IMG/VR virus record: IMGVR_UViG_3300045988_041255
Location: 1 to 38,402 of that record
From: a virus
Direction: 5' to 3' (one strand)
Length of the DNA: 38,402 nt
The position numbers were made by a program, and so were the translations under genes. Each line of letters starts with the position of its first letter. Positions within the stretch are counted from its first letter, which is position 1. Below the pieces are notes generated by a model, which had not been told where the DNA came from, searched no databases, and saw nothing but the letters and a program-made list of their open reading frames with translations. Positions 1-6,832 of this stretch are shown here, one piece after another.

Positions 1-119
1 ATTTTCGCCACAAACACCCTCCTTCCGGGCTTGGCGCCTGATAAATTTCTGCATGTCCCGCTTTAAGTACGGGCTGTTTGTCTTGGTGATAATCGCCTGT
101 GCTTCTTCAATCGTCATTC
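1..119. repeat. Terminal direct duplication, copy 1. Identical to 38284-38402 (circular-assembly overlap or terminal redundancy)
   Basis: Both ends read attttcgccacaaacaccctcc...cttcttcaatcgtcattc. The terS start/RBS and the stop of the ParB-MTase gene lie inside it. Confidence 0.95.
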
Positions 120-1309
120 CCTAATCCGCGGACGATTTCCAACTCACGCTCCGACAACTCCCAAATGTTTGTGTTGGCCTTTTCCGCCGCAGCCTTTTCC
201 GCCGCAGCCTTTTCCGATAGCAGAAAGCCTGAGCCGAACAAGCCTTTCCCCGACGCTTTCTGTGCGTCAAGCGCACGGATAAAATGAGCATCAGCACCAC
301 CAATTTCAAGGCTTACACCGTGAGCCGCCATATTGCACAGCATTGTCGCCGTTAGCACTTCGTCTGGATATGAATATTTCGGCAACTCTCTGTGCAGCTT
401 TTTGAGGTTATTTTTGTTTTCGTTGTCCAGCATTTCCCTCAAATCAGCGACCGCTATAATCTTGCTATCGCCCATATTGGTGACAAAAGATGTGTTAACA
501 TTCGCGCCATTTTCATACACAACTTGGCACCCGCACGCCACATAGTTCGCCGCACCGCGCATAATACCGAGAAGCGTAAGAGTTGGCGCGAACAGAAAAA
601 ATCGGATTTTCTTGCTTGTGTACCACTCGCAGATTCCCGATATAATGGAGAATGGCGGATTGTCTATCACGACACACCCAGATGGGTATTTCTCGCTTTT
701 ATAATCTCCGCCCGGATAGAACGGGCGCACAATCGCGGCGTTTCCAAGTTTGTATTTCTTAATCACCCAATCTCTTACTGCATCATAGATGTTAACCGGC
801 GTGTAGCAATCGTCCGTTGTTTTCTTCGCTTCAAACTTTTCCAAAAACTTTTGGTATTCTTCGTCATCGTCAGAAAGTTCCCCGCGCTCCATACGCTCCC
901 TGAACTCCTGTTCTCGTTCCTCGTTTGTGATCTCTGTTTCATCCGTATCGGGGAAATCCCAATCAAAATCAAACCCGGACAAATCAAGCTCCGACAGTTC
1001 CTCTGCCAGAAGGTCAAAATCCCAATCGCTTTCGTTGCTCTTGTTATCGACTAGCCGCAAGGCGTTGACCTGCTCAGGTGTCAAATCGTCCACGCACACG
1101 CAAGGCACGGTTTGCATTTTGAGCTTCTTCGCGGCAAGCGCCCGGCAATGCCCAATAACAATCACACCATCGTGGTCAATCACTATCGGCTGCACAAATC
1201 CATACTGCCGGATGCTTTCGGCCACGTTATCAATCTGCTTTTTATCGTGCTTTTTGGCGTTTTTGTCGTATGGGATGATTTCAGATAAATTTTTCTGTAC
1301 AACGTCCAT
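107..1309 (-). CDS. ParB-like nuclease domain fused to a putative DNA (adenine) methyltransferase
   Basis: 400-aa ORF with RBS GAGGGGG 8 nt upstream. N-terminus is ParB-N-like (IIPYDKNAKKHDKKQIDNVAESIRQYGFVQPIVID...GHCRALAA). C-terminal half has CYTP...RPFYPGGD...VIDNPPFS (NPPF motif IV). C-terminal EKAAA x3 repeat. Confidence 0.6.
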   Translation of the reverse strand: MDVVQKNLSEIIPYDKNAKKHDKKQIDNVAESIRQYGFVQPIVIDHDGVIVIGHCRALAAKKLKMQTVPCVCVDDLTPEQVNALRLVDNKSNESDWDFDLLAEELSELDLSGFDFDWDFPDTDETEITNEEREQEFRERMERGELSDDDEEYQKFLEKFEAKKTTDDCYTPVNIYDAVRDWVIKKYKLGNAAIVRPFYPGGDYKSEKYPSGCVVIDNPPFSIISGICEWYTSKKIRFFLFAPTLTLLGIMRGAANYVACGCQVVYENGANVNTSFVTNMGDSKIIAVADLREMLDNENKNNLKKLHRELPKYSYPDEVLTATMLCNMAAHGVSLEIGGADAHFIRALDAQKASGKGLFGSGFLLSEKAAAEKAAAEKANTNIWELSERELEIVRGLGNDD

Positions 1310-1334
1310 AAATTAGCCCCCTCAAACTAAATCC

Positions 1335-1366
1335 CTCAAAAAATCCCCTTTGCGCTATGAGGGGCA
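1335..1366 (-). terminator. Possible rho-independent terminator after the tRNA pair
   Basis: Minus strand reads GCCCCT-CATAGCGCAA-AGGGG followed by ATTTTTTG. The stem is short. Confidence 0.4.
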
Positions 1367-1410
1367 GCGCGTCCCGCCCTCCGGGCTTATCCTATGCCCG
1401 GCTCACCCAT

Positions 1411-1484
1411 TGGTTGGGCTGGCAGGTGTCGAACCTGCTATCTGGGAGTCAAAGTCCCATGCCTTACCGTTTGGCTACAGCCCA
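1411..1484 (-). tRNA. tRNA-Gln, anticodon UUG, CCA encoded
   Basis: Hand-folded cloverleaf: TGGGCTG TA GCC AAACGGTAA GGC A TGGGA CTTTGAC TCCCA GATA GCAGG TTCGACA CCTGC CAGCCCA A CCA. Same architecture as bacterial tRNA-Gln. Confidence 0.9.
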
Positions 1485-1587
1485 ACAAAACCCCCGCATG
1501 GTACGCATTGTGAAGAGGCGTGCGGGGGCCGCCTGCCGCGAACTCCCGCCTGCGTCCAGGTGGGATATTTTAGCGGGTCATCGGCTT

Positions 1588-1663
1588 TGGAGCCGTCAGG
1601 GGGACTCGAACCCTCGGCCTGCTGTTTACAAGGCAGCCGCTCTACCAACTGAGCTATGACGGC
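1588..1663 (-). tRNA. tRNA-Thr, anticodon UGU, CCA encoded
   Basis: GCCGTCA TA GCTC AGTTGGTA GAGC G GCTGC CTTGTAA ACAGC AGGCC GAGGG TTCGAGT CCCCC TGACGGC T CCA. One C-A mismatch in the anticodon stem and one A-C mismatch in the T stem. Confidence 0.85.
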
Positions 1664-1793
1664 ATATTGGGGCGTTTCCGCCCCTTCCCACTTTGCGTGT
1701 AGGACCGCCCGTGTGAACTTACCCGCCACACGGCACGGGGTTCCAACAAAACCTTTAATGCTTTGATATGGGTACCAGCCTCACAAAGCACGT

Positions 1794-1819
1794 AAAAAGC
1801 AGGCCACAATGCCGCCTGC
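1794..1819 (-). terminator. Hairpin plus U-run inside the noncoding leader upstream of the tRNAs
   Basis: Minus strand: GCAGGC-GGCATTGTG-GCCTGC-TTTTT. Confidence 0.4.
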
Positions 1820-1961
1820 AAGGGCATGGTGTCGGTGTGTGCGCCATAGGCGATGCACCGAGTACACCGCCGCAGGAAGGTCACTATTTGACGGACGGAG
1901 CGCAAACGAAAGGTACCAAAGAACGCTTCCCGCCCGCTGGCACATCACACGCCACCGGATT

Positions 1962-1994
1962 AAAAAAGCGCCGGGCGGCTATGCCGCTGGCGCT
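1962..1994 (-). terminator. Rho-independent terminator ending the early/replication operon
   Basis: Minus strand: AGCGCC-A-GCGGC-ATA-GCCGC-CC-GGCGCT followed by TTTTTTA. About 11 GC-rich base pairs. Confidence 0.7.
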
Positions 1995-2085
1995 TTCCTT
2001 CTTCACTGCTTATATTATAACACCCTGTTTTTCGTCTGTCTAGCGTTATTTTTCGCAGTATGTAACAACTCGTAAACAAATGTAA

Positions 2086-2493
2086 TTAAACTATATAGCC
2101 ATTCAGGATTTTTTCCAAGTTTTCCATTGCACGGTTGTGCAACGTCCGCCCCCAGCTGTAAGATTTGCCGCGCTCCCAGGCCGCCTGACCAATAGAAACG
2201 TGCTTTCCGTACACGGCGTTGAGCATCCAAAATTCATCCACTTGCAGCTTTTCCAGCGTCCTTGTGATTTTGTGCCGCTGTGCCTGCAGGCTGGCGATTT
2301 CCGCATCAATGTCAACCGCGCTTTCCACCGCGCCCGCCATTTTCTGCTGGTTCCCGCTTGCCTGGACCTTGTCCCCGGACTGCCGTGCTCCTGTGTCCAG
2401 CGCCAGCGCCTCCCAACGGGATTTTTCGGCTGCTTTGCTTGCTATCAGGATGTCGATACGCTCCAGCTGCCCAACGTACTCCCGTGCCGTCAT
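2086..2493 (-). CDS. Putative transcriptional regulator with a sigma-70 region-4-like C-terminal HTH (possible late-gene activator)
   Basis: ATG at 2493 lies 7 nt after GAGGAGG and 2 nt after the upstream stop. C-terminus FWMLNAVYGKHVSIGQAAWERGKSYSWGRTLHNRAMENL resembles sigma r4 / DUF1492-type phage regulators (from memory). Confidence 0.35.
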   Translation of the reverse strand: MTAREYVGQLERIDILIASKAAEKSRWEALALDTGARQSGDKVQASGNQQKMAGAVESAVDIDAEIASLQAQRHKITRTLEKLQVDEFWMLNAVYGKHVSIGQAAWERGKSYSWGRTLHNRAMENLEKILNGYIV

Positions 2494-2495
2494 GC

Positions 2496-3365
2496 TCACA
2501 CCTCCTCAATGTCTTTCAGCCGCCAGTTTCGCCCCTGGGCGCGTTTGATGCTCAAGCAGTACCCGGCAGCCTTTGCGCGCTCTGCAATCCGCCCTGCAAT
2601 GGCCTCGTCAATCTGGCTCAGCTCTCCAATCGTGCGCTCGCTCGAGATGATCGTAATCAAATCCGGGTTGTTATAGCGGTAGTTGATGATCTCAAATGCC
2701 GCCTTGATGTCGGCCTCTGTGGGGGCGCGGAACTGACCGCCTTCGCCCTGCCCGCCCTTGAAAAGGTCATCAATGTACAGCACCGGCGTTTTCTTCAGCG
2801 CGTCCATCCGTGCCGCATATGCCGCTGAGTCCGTCACAATGGCCTTGATTTGAGCGATTTCGTCCCGCCACAGCATATATCTCGCCTCTTTGCCTTTGCG
2901 GATGTAGTGCACCGTTACGGCCGTGCAGAGATGGGTCTTGCCTGCGCCGCTCTGCCCGCCCATAAAAAGCCAGGTGTGTGCATCGTCCTTGCAAAACTGC
3001 ATCGCCTTGTCTTTCAGCCGCTGCTGCCATTCGTCTGCCGCTTCGTATCGGTCAAATGTAAATTCTTTCACGACGTTTTTCAGCCCGGATGTCTGCAGCC
3101 GCCGAAGCGCATCCCGCACCCGTTGGCACTTGCACGGCACAAGCATCTCGTAGTAGTAGCCAAAGGCATCGTTGTACTTTACTGCGGCCGTGTAGCCCCG
3201 GTTTTTGCAAATGTCGCAGGTGTATCCGTCCACCTCGTCCAGATGCCCGGCAGACGCGTTGTAAACGTTTGCTTTTCGCTCCTCGTACTGCTGAGGGGTA
3301 AGGGCTTCATACCCACGTCCCGACTTGATACGCGCTGGCAGCGCCAGCTCCTTCCATTCCGTCAT
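2496..3365 (-). CDS. DnaC/IstB-like AAA+ ATPase (helicase loader) with an N-terminal Cys4 zinc finger
   Basis: Walker A GGQSGAGKTH, Walker B VLYIDDLF, and CDICKNRGY...VPCKC. Confidence 0.75.
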   Translation of the reverse strand: MTEWKELALPARIKSGRGYEALTPQQYEERKANVYNASAGHLDEVDGYTCDICKNRGYTAAVKYNDAFGYYYEMLVPCKCQRVRDALRRLQTSGLKNVVKEFTFDRYEAADEWQQRLKDKAMQFCKDDAHTWLFMGGQSGAGKTHLCTAVTVHYIRKGKEARYMLWRDEIAQIKAIVTDSAAYAARMDALKKTPVLYIDDLFKGGQGEGGQFRAPTEADIKAAFEIINYRYNNPDLITIISSERTIGELSQIDEAIAGRIAERAKAAGYCLSIKRAQGRNWRLKDIEEV

Positions 3366-4101
3366 TTTGCGGTTCTCCCTTCTTCGTTGTGTTCTGGTTC
3401 AGGTAGCTCTCAAACTTCGGCCCGAACAGCGTTTCCGGCCGCAAGAACTTTTCCCACTCGGTGCCCATCCACTCAGCCGTCTTTTTGTCGATCACTGTCA
3501 TAAAGTCCTCCAGAGTAAAGCCTTCGGCTACTCTAGCATGGATAACCTTCTGAGTTTTTGCGCTGCTTGCTCTGTATTTTGTGCCCGCTTTTTCGTTCAG
3601 GTAGGTCACAACCGGAGTATATATATTATCTATCTCTGTCTCTATCTCTTTCTCTCCGTTACAGTTTTGTTTCATCGGAGTTACATCCTGTTTCGCGGGC
3701 GTTACATCAGTGTTACATTGTAACGCTTTTCGCGCCCGAAACTCTCTCACTCGCTTTGTAGACGACGTCTCGCTCCCGGTGTTTGCCACTGCATACGGTA
3801 CGAAATATTCCACGTTATCGTTGGTTTCCAAGAGACCGCACGACAAGAGAAAATTTATCGTTACGCTGACATTTTCAGGTTCTTCGTCCAGATCGAGCGC
3901 CAGCTCTTCGGCAAAGGTTTGTTCTAGCCCGGTATACTCCAACACGCCGTTGCTTTTCATTGCCAAAAGCTGCATTTTGAGATAGATGATGGTGTACGTG
4001 TCGCCACCTGCAATTTTGCGCAATTTTTTAATGCGCTTGCTCTTAAAAAAGTCATCTTGTAGCTTGAGCCAGTAGTACCTTTTTCCCCCAGTTTCTGCCA
4101 T
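3307..4101 (-). CDS. Phage replisome organiser / replication initiator (rep_org_N plus DnaD-like C-terminus)
   Basis: Start moved to ATG 4101 behind AAGGAGG. YYWLKLQDDFFKSKRIKKLRK...YLKMQL N-terminal domain. C-terminal YLNEKAGTKYRASSAKTQKVIHARVAEGFTLEDF...LFGPKFESYLNQ. Confidence 0.65.
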   Translation of the reverse strand: MAETGGKRYYWLKLQDDFFKSKRIKKLRKIAGGDTYTIIYLKMQLLAMKSNGVLEYTGLEQTFAEELALDLDEEPENVSVTINFLLSCGLLETNDNVEYFVPYAVANTGSETSSTKRVREFRARKALQCNTDVTPAKQDVTPMKQNCNGEKEIETEIDNIYTPVVTYLNEKAGTKYRASSAKTQKVIHARVAEGFTLEDFMTVIDKKTAEWMGTEWEKFLRPETLFGPKFESYLNQNTTKKGEPQNDGMEGAGAASAYQVGTWV

Positions 4102-4105
4102 TTTA

Positions 4106-4297
4106 TCAACCTCCTTCCCGCGGTTCCGCCGCAAAAAGCTCAATCACCTGCGCCGCCCGTTCCGTCATTTCCGGGATGCACAGCTCAGGGTTTGGCCCCT
4201 GATAGTAAGCGCAGCCCTTGCAGTCGTCCACCGTGCGGGCCTTCCCGCAGCGCCGCAGAGCGTCCGCCAGCTGTGCAAGAGTGATGTAGTCAGTCAT
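4106..4297 (-). CDS. Hypothetical small Cys-containing protein
   Basis: 63-aa ORF with an AGGAGGG RBS, translationally coupled to its neighbours. Confidence 0.6.
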   Translation of the reverse strand: MTDYITLAQLADALRRCGKARTVDDCKGCAYYQGPNPELCIPEMTERAAQVIELFAAEPREGG

Positions 4298-4487
4298 CTT
4301 CCCGCACCCTCCTGTTCCACGTATCGGTGACCTGCTGCATGGCGTTGGAGCAGTGGCCGGGCCGAATCATAAAATCGATGTGGGAATCAGTTTGCGCGCC
4401 GCAGGTGAGGCACAGCACTTTCACCCCGTTGTGCACAAAAACGGTAGCTTTTCCTCCGCAAAACGGGCATTTTTTCAGCTCATCCAT
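4290..4487 (-). CDS. Lar-family restriction-alleviation-like zinc-ribbon protein
   Basis: KKCPFCGGKA...CLTCGAQT...TDTWNRR matches the Lar_restr_allev pattern. RBS GGAAGGAGG. Confidence 0.65.
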   Translation of the reverse strand: MDELKKCPFCGGKATVFVHNGVKVLCLTCGAQTDSHIDFMIRPGHCSNAMQQVTDTWNRRVREDD

Positions 4488-5220
4488 TTTCTTTCGCCTC
4501 CTTCCCGCTAATCAGCTCGCTGTAAGGCAGCTGCTCAATCCACGTGCAAAACGTCCGCCACTCGTCCAATTTGTGGCCTTTGCGCTGGCGGTAGATGTTC
4601 GCCAAAACCTCGTAGTTGAGCATTACCGTGCGGCGCTGGTTGTAGCTGCTCGGCAGCATCTGGATGATCTGCCACCAGTATTTTTTGTCTTTGGTTTGAA
4701 GATAGAGATTTCGGAAAATGTTAAGGTTTTCAATTGTAGCTTCCATCATTTGTTTAGCAGAATATACGCGGGTAGGAATAGATTCGTCCGAAATCAAATG
4801 CTCGTGGCTGAAATCCTCCAGTGTAAACTCCTTCGCTGCAATTTTGTGCATGGTGCTGCACGAGTTCGCCACCGTCCCAACCTTGTATGTATCGTACTCC
4901 TTCCACCAGTACAAGGGGGCCGTTACATCCGCATAAACCACAATCATGCGCCGGTATTTCGCGTGTTCCGGGCCGGCTTTGGCAAGGCGCATCATCAAAT
5001 CACAGTCGTTCTCGCCCACGCAAAAAGCAGATTTTTCGAGGGTTTCGTTGCATTCAATCGCCGGTTCATGGTCGTTCTCTACCATAGGACAATCGCAGTC
5101 CAGGCCATCATGGCAAGGGCAATCATGGCTGTCCATTTTGTCCCAGCTGTTGAGCGGATTTCGCATTCCCCGGATTGCGTGCCCCCACCCCAAAACTTCG
5201 GTGTTCTCAACTTTGATCAT
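4480..5220 (-). CDS. ThyX-like (flavin-dependent thymidylate synthase fold) protein with a degenerate active-site motif and a Cys/His-rich insertion
   Basis: GHAIRGMRNP...GPEHAKYRRMIVVYADVTAPLYWWKEYDTYKVGTVANSCSTMH...LPSSYNQRRTVMLNYEVLANIYRQR parallels the ThyX blocks, but the RHR..S..S.RY motif is replaced. Insert HDCPCHDGLDCDCP. Confidence 0.45.
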   Translation of the reverse strand: MIKVENTEVLGWGHAIRGMRNPLNSWDKMDSHDCPCHDGLDCDCPMVENDHEPAIECNETLEKSAFCVGENDCDLMMRLAKAGPEHAKYRRMIVVYADVTAPLYWWKEYDTYKVGTVANSCSTMHKIAAKEFTLEDFSHEHLISDESIPTRVYSAKQMMEATIENLNIFRNLYLQTKDKKYWWQIIQMLPSSYNQRRTVMLNYEVLANIYRQRKGHKLDEWRTFCTWIEQLPYSELISGKEAKENG

Positions 5221-5353
5221 CTTTCCAACCTCCTTTCGGCCAGTGAAAAAGCGTCCACAAGCCTACAACAATAATACATAATTCTGCCAGCGCAATTGGC
5301 ACCGCGATCAGCACCACAAGCGCCGTCAGGGCTTTAATCAGTATCGCTGCCAA
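5207..5353 (-). CDS. Small membrane protein, 48 aa, TTG start. Below the ORF-track length cutoff.
   Basis: AGGAGG lies 6 nt upstream of TTG 5353. Translation MAAILIKALTALVVLIAVPIALAELCIIVVGLWTLFHWPKGGWKDDQS (one or two TM helices). Fills the otherwise empty 5221-5333 gap. Confidence 0.5.
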   Translation of the reverse strand: MAAILIKALTALVVLIAVPIALAELCIIVVGLWTLFHWPKGGWKDDQS

Positions 5354-5642
5354 TGGGTGCCTCCTTGCGTGCGCCATAGCTGCAAAAATCGCTCTTCATC
5401 ATATACAAATAGTCTTTACTAAGAGCTGTGCAAACCACCAGGTCTTTTTCTTTTGCGACTGGGCGGCTATACCTGCAATCCTTGCAGCGCACCACCGGCA
5501 CCACGTCATCCTCCGGAAAATACTGAAGTTCGTATGCAACCGCTTCAAACGCGGCTGCTTCAGCGCTGTTCGTTTCGGCAGCCTCTTGCCCCCACCTGCG
5601 GAGCATGTCAACAATATCGTCCTTGTCAATGTATTTTGCCAT
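5334..5642 (-). CDS. Hypothetical Cys-rich protein, paralog A (MAKYID... family)
   Basis: ATG 5642 behind AAGGAGG. N-terminal domain is shared with 5626..5949. Confidence 0.65.
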   Translation of the reverse strand: MAKYIDKDDIVDMLRRWGQEAAETNSAEAAAFEAVAYELQYFPEDDVVPVVRCKDCRYSRPVAKEKDLVVCTALSKDYLYMMKSDFCSYGARKEAPIGSDTD

Positions 5643-5949
5643 TTGGTGCCTCCTTGTCCATCCGTGCGCCGCAATTTGGGCAGAAATTCGGCTTTCTAAA
5701 CCCATTGCAGTGCGCCCCTGTGGTGTTTACCCAGTTGCAGGCGCTGCACGTGCCGTGCTTATAAGTTGTCCAAGATGGGTTCGTCCAACATGCATGGACG
5801 ACCGGAACCACATCCGCAGCCGGGAAGTCCTCTAATTCATCTGCGACTGAGGCTAGGACTTCACATTCGGTGTTGGAATATTCAAGCGCTTCGAGCGCCT
5901 GATTGCGGAGCAGCTTAACCACTGCTTCCCTGTCAATGTATTGAGCCAT
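5626..5949 (-). CDS. Hypothetical Cys-rich protein, paralog B (MAQYID... family) with a C-terminal zinc-ribbon-like CPNCG
   Basis: 107-aa ORF with a CAGGAGGG RBS. The FPAADVVPVV motif is shared with paralog A. Confidence 0.65.
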   Translation of the reverse strand: MAQYIDREAVVKLLRNQALEALEYSNTECEVLASVADELEDFPAADVVPVVHACWTNPSWTTYKHGTCSACNWVNTTGAHCNGFRKPNFCPNCGARMDKEAPNGKIH

Positions 5950-6121
5950 TCTGCTTTTCCCTCCTGATAATCCTCTGGCCCCGCGAGTTAGTCTCCCACA
6001 TGTCCGGTTTTTCGGCTATGAGTCGCGCTTGTACAAACGCAGCTCTCTCTTCGGCGGTGTCAAAATAGGCCTTTTCGAGGCGCCCCAGGTGCCACCAGCT
6101 CACCCAAAATCTCTGATTCAT
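5933..6121 (-). CDS. Hypothetical protein
   Basis: ATG 6121 overlaps the upstream stop (ATGA). 62 aa. Confidence 0.5.
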   Translation of the reverse strand: MNQRFWVSWWHLGRLEKAYFDTAEERAAFVQARLIAEKPDMWETNSRGQRIIRREKQNGSIH

Positions 6122-6480
6122 GCTTTGCCCCCCAATTCTAGGTACTTCTGCAAGTACCAAACCGCTTTCTCTACATCCTCTTCGGGTGTCTCGTGCTTCT
6201 TTTTGCAGCGCCAGAGGTACTTAAAGGCGTTGCAAAGACAAAAGCCTTTTACATCCTCCGGCCCCATCGTGTCCAGCATCACGTCGATGCACTCGTACTT
6301 CCCCTCATAGTGGGCGGGATGATCTACTTCTTTCATCTCTCCACTTCCTAGGGTGAAGAAGCTGGCGGCGGTATCGTAAAACGGCGAGCCAGGCTGCGCA
6401 GAATACTTGCAACCCAAGCACGGCCGACAAACCGCAGCCTCGTCTCTGTATTTGCACTTTTCGCACATATTGTCATTCAT
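6118..6480 (-). CDS. DUF3310-family protein with an N-terminal Cys cluster
   Basis: HPAHYEGKYECIDVM...CNAFKYLWRCKKK...DVEKAVWYLQKYL is the DUF3310 signature. Confidence 0.7.
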   Translation of the reverse strand: MNDNMCEKCKYRDEAAVCRPCLGCKYSAQPGSPFYDTAASFFTLGSGEMKEVDHPAHYEGKYECIDVMLDTMGPEDVKGFCLCNAFKYLWRCKKKHETPEEDVEKAVWYLQKYLELGGKA

Positions 6481-6832
6481 TTTCGATTACCTCCACCGTC
6501 ACTCCGTCTCTCCCGTCGTATACAAAGCAGTCCTCAAAGCCTGTTACCCACCGGTTGTTGTCGTTGGGCAAGAAGCCCGCTGCTTGCATCCCATCCAGCA
6601 CAAACTTTTTGCCAAAGGCCACGTTGTCCTTGTCCCGTCTCCGTGTCCGCTCGTGCCACGTAAAGCGGACTTTTACCGGCTCGGTTACAGGTGGCAGCCC
6701 CCGGAAGTAGAGGGCCACCGCCTGCGTGTAGTCGGACTTGACTTTTGCTCCTGCGTACCGATTTCGTCGGCACATGCCGATGTACTCATTTGCGCCGGGC
6801 AGCCGGAACGGGATTGTAACCGTCACACCCAT
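6473..6832 (-). CDS. rusA: RusA-family Holliday junction resolvase
   Basis: PGANEY...RRDKDNVAFGKKFVLDGMQAAGFLPNDNNRWV. ATG 6832 overlaps the ssb stop (TGATG). Confidence 0.7.
   Translation of the reverse strand: MGVTVTIPFRLPGANEYIGMCRRNRYAGAKVKSDYTQAVALYFRGLPPVTEPVKVRFTWHERTRRRDKDNVAFGKKFVLDGMQAAGFLPNDNNRWVTGFEDCFVYDGRDGVTVEVIENE

Noticed and set aside
1487-1528. Hairpin plus TTTT between the two tRNAs, read as a true terminator
   Set aside because: The loop is large (22 nt) and the hairpin sits inside what is most simply a single tRNA precursor. It may be a processing or attenuation element. Left uncalled.
1350-1659. Two 100-aa plus-strand ORFs and an 84-aa minus-strand ORF over the tRNA region
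   Set aside because: They overlap two well-folded tRNA genes and intergenic hairpins. No RBS.
1665-1961. A third tRNA, tmRNA or tRNA-like element upstream of tRNA-Thr
   Set aside because: No TTCRANY T-loop flanked by complementary stems, and no acceptor/CCA arrangement could be folded.
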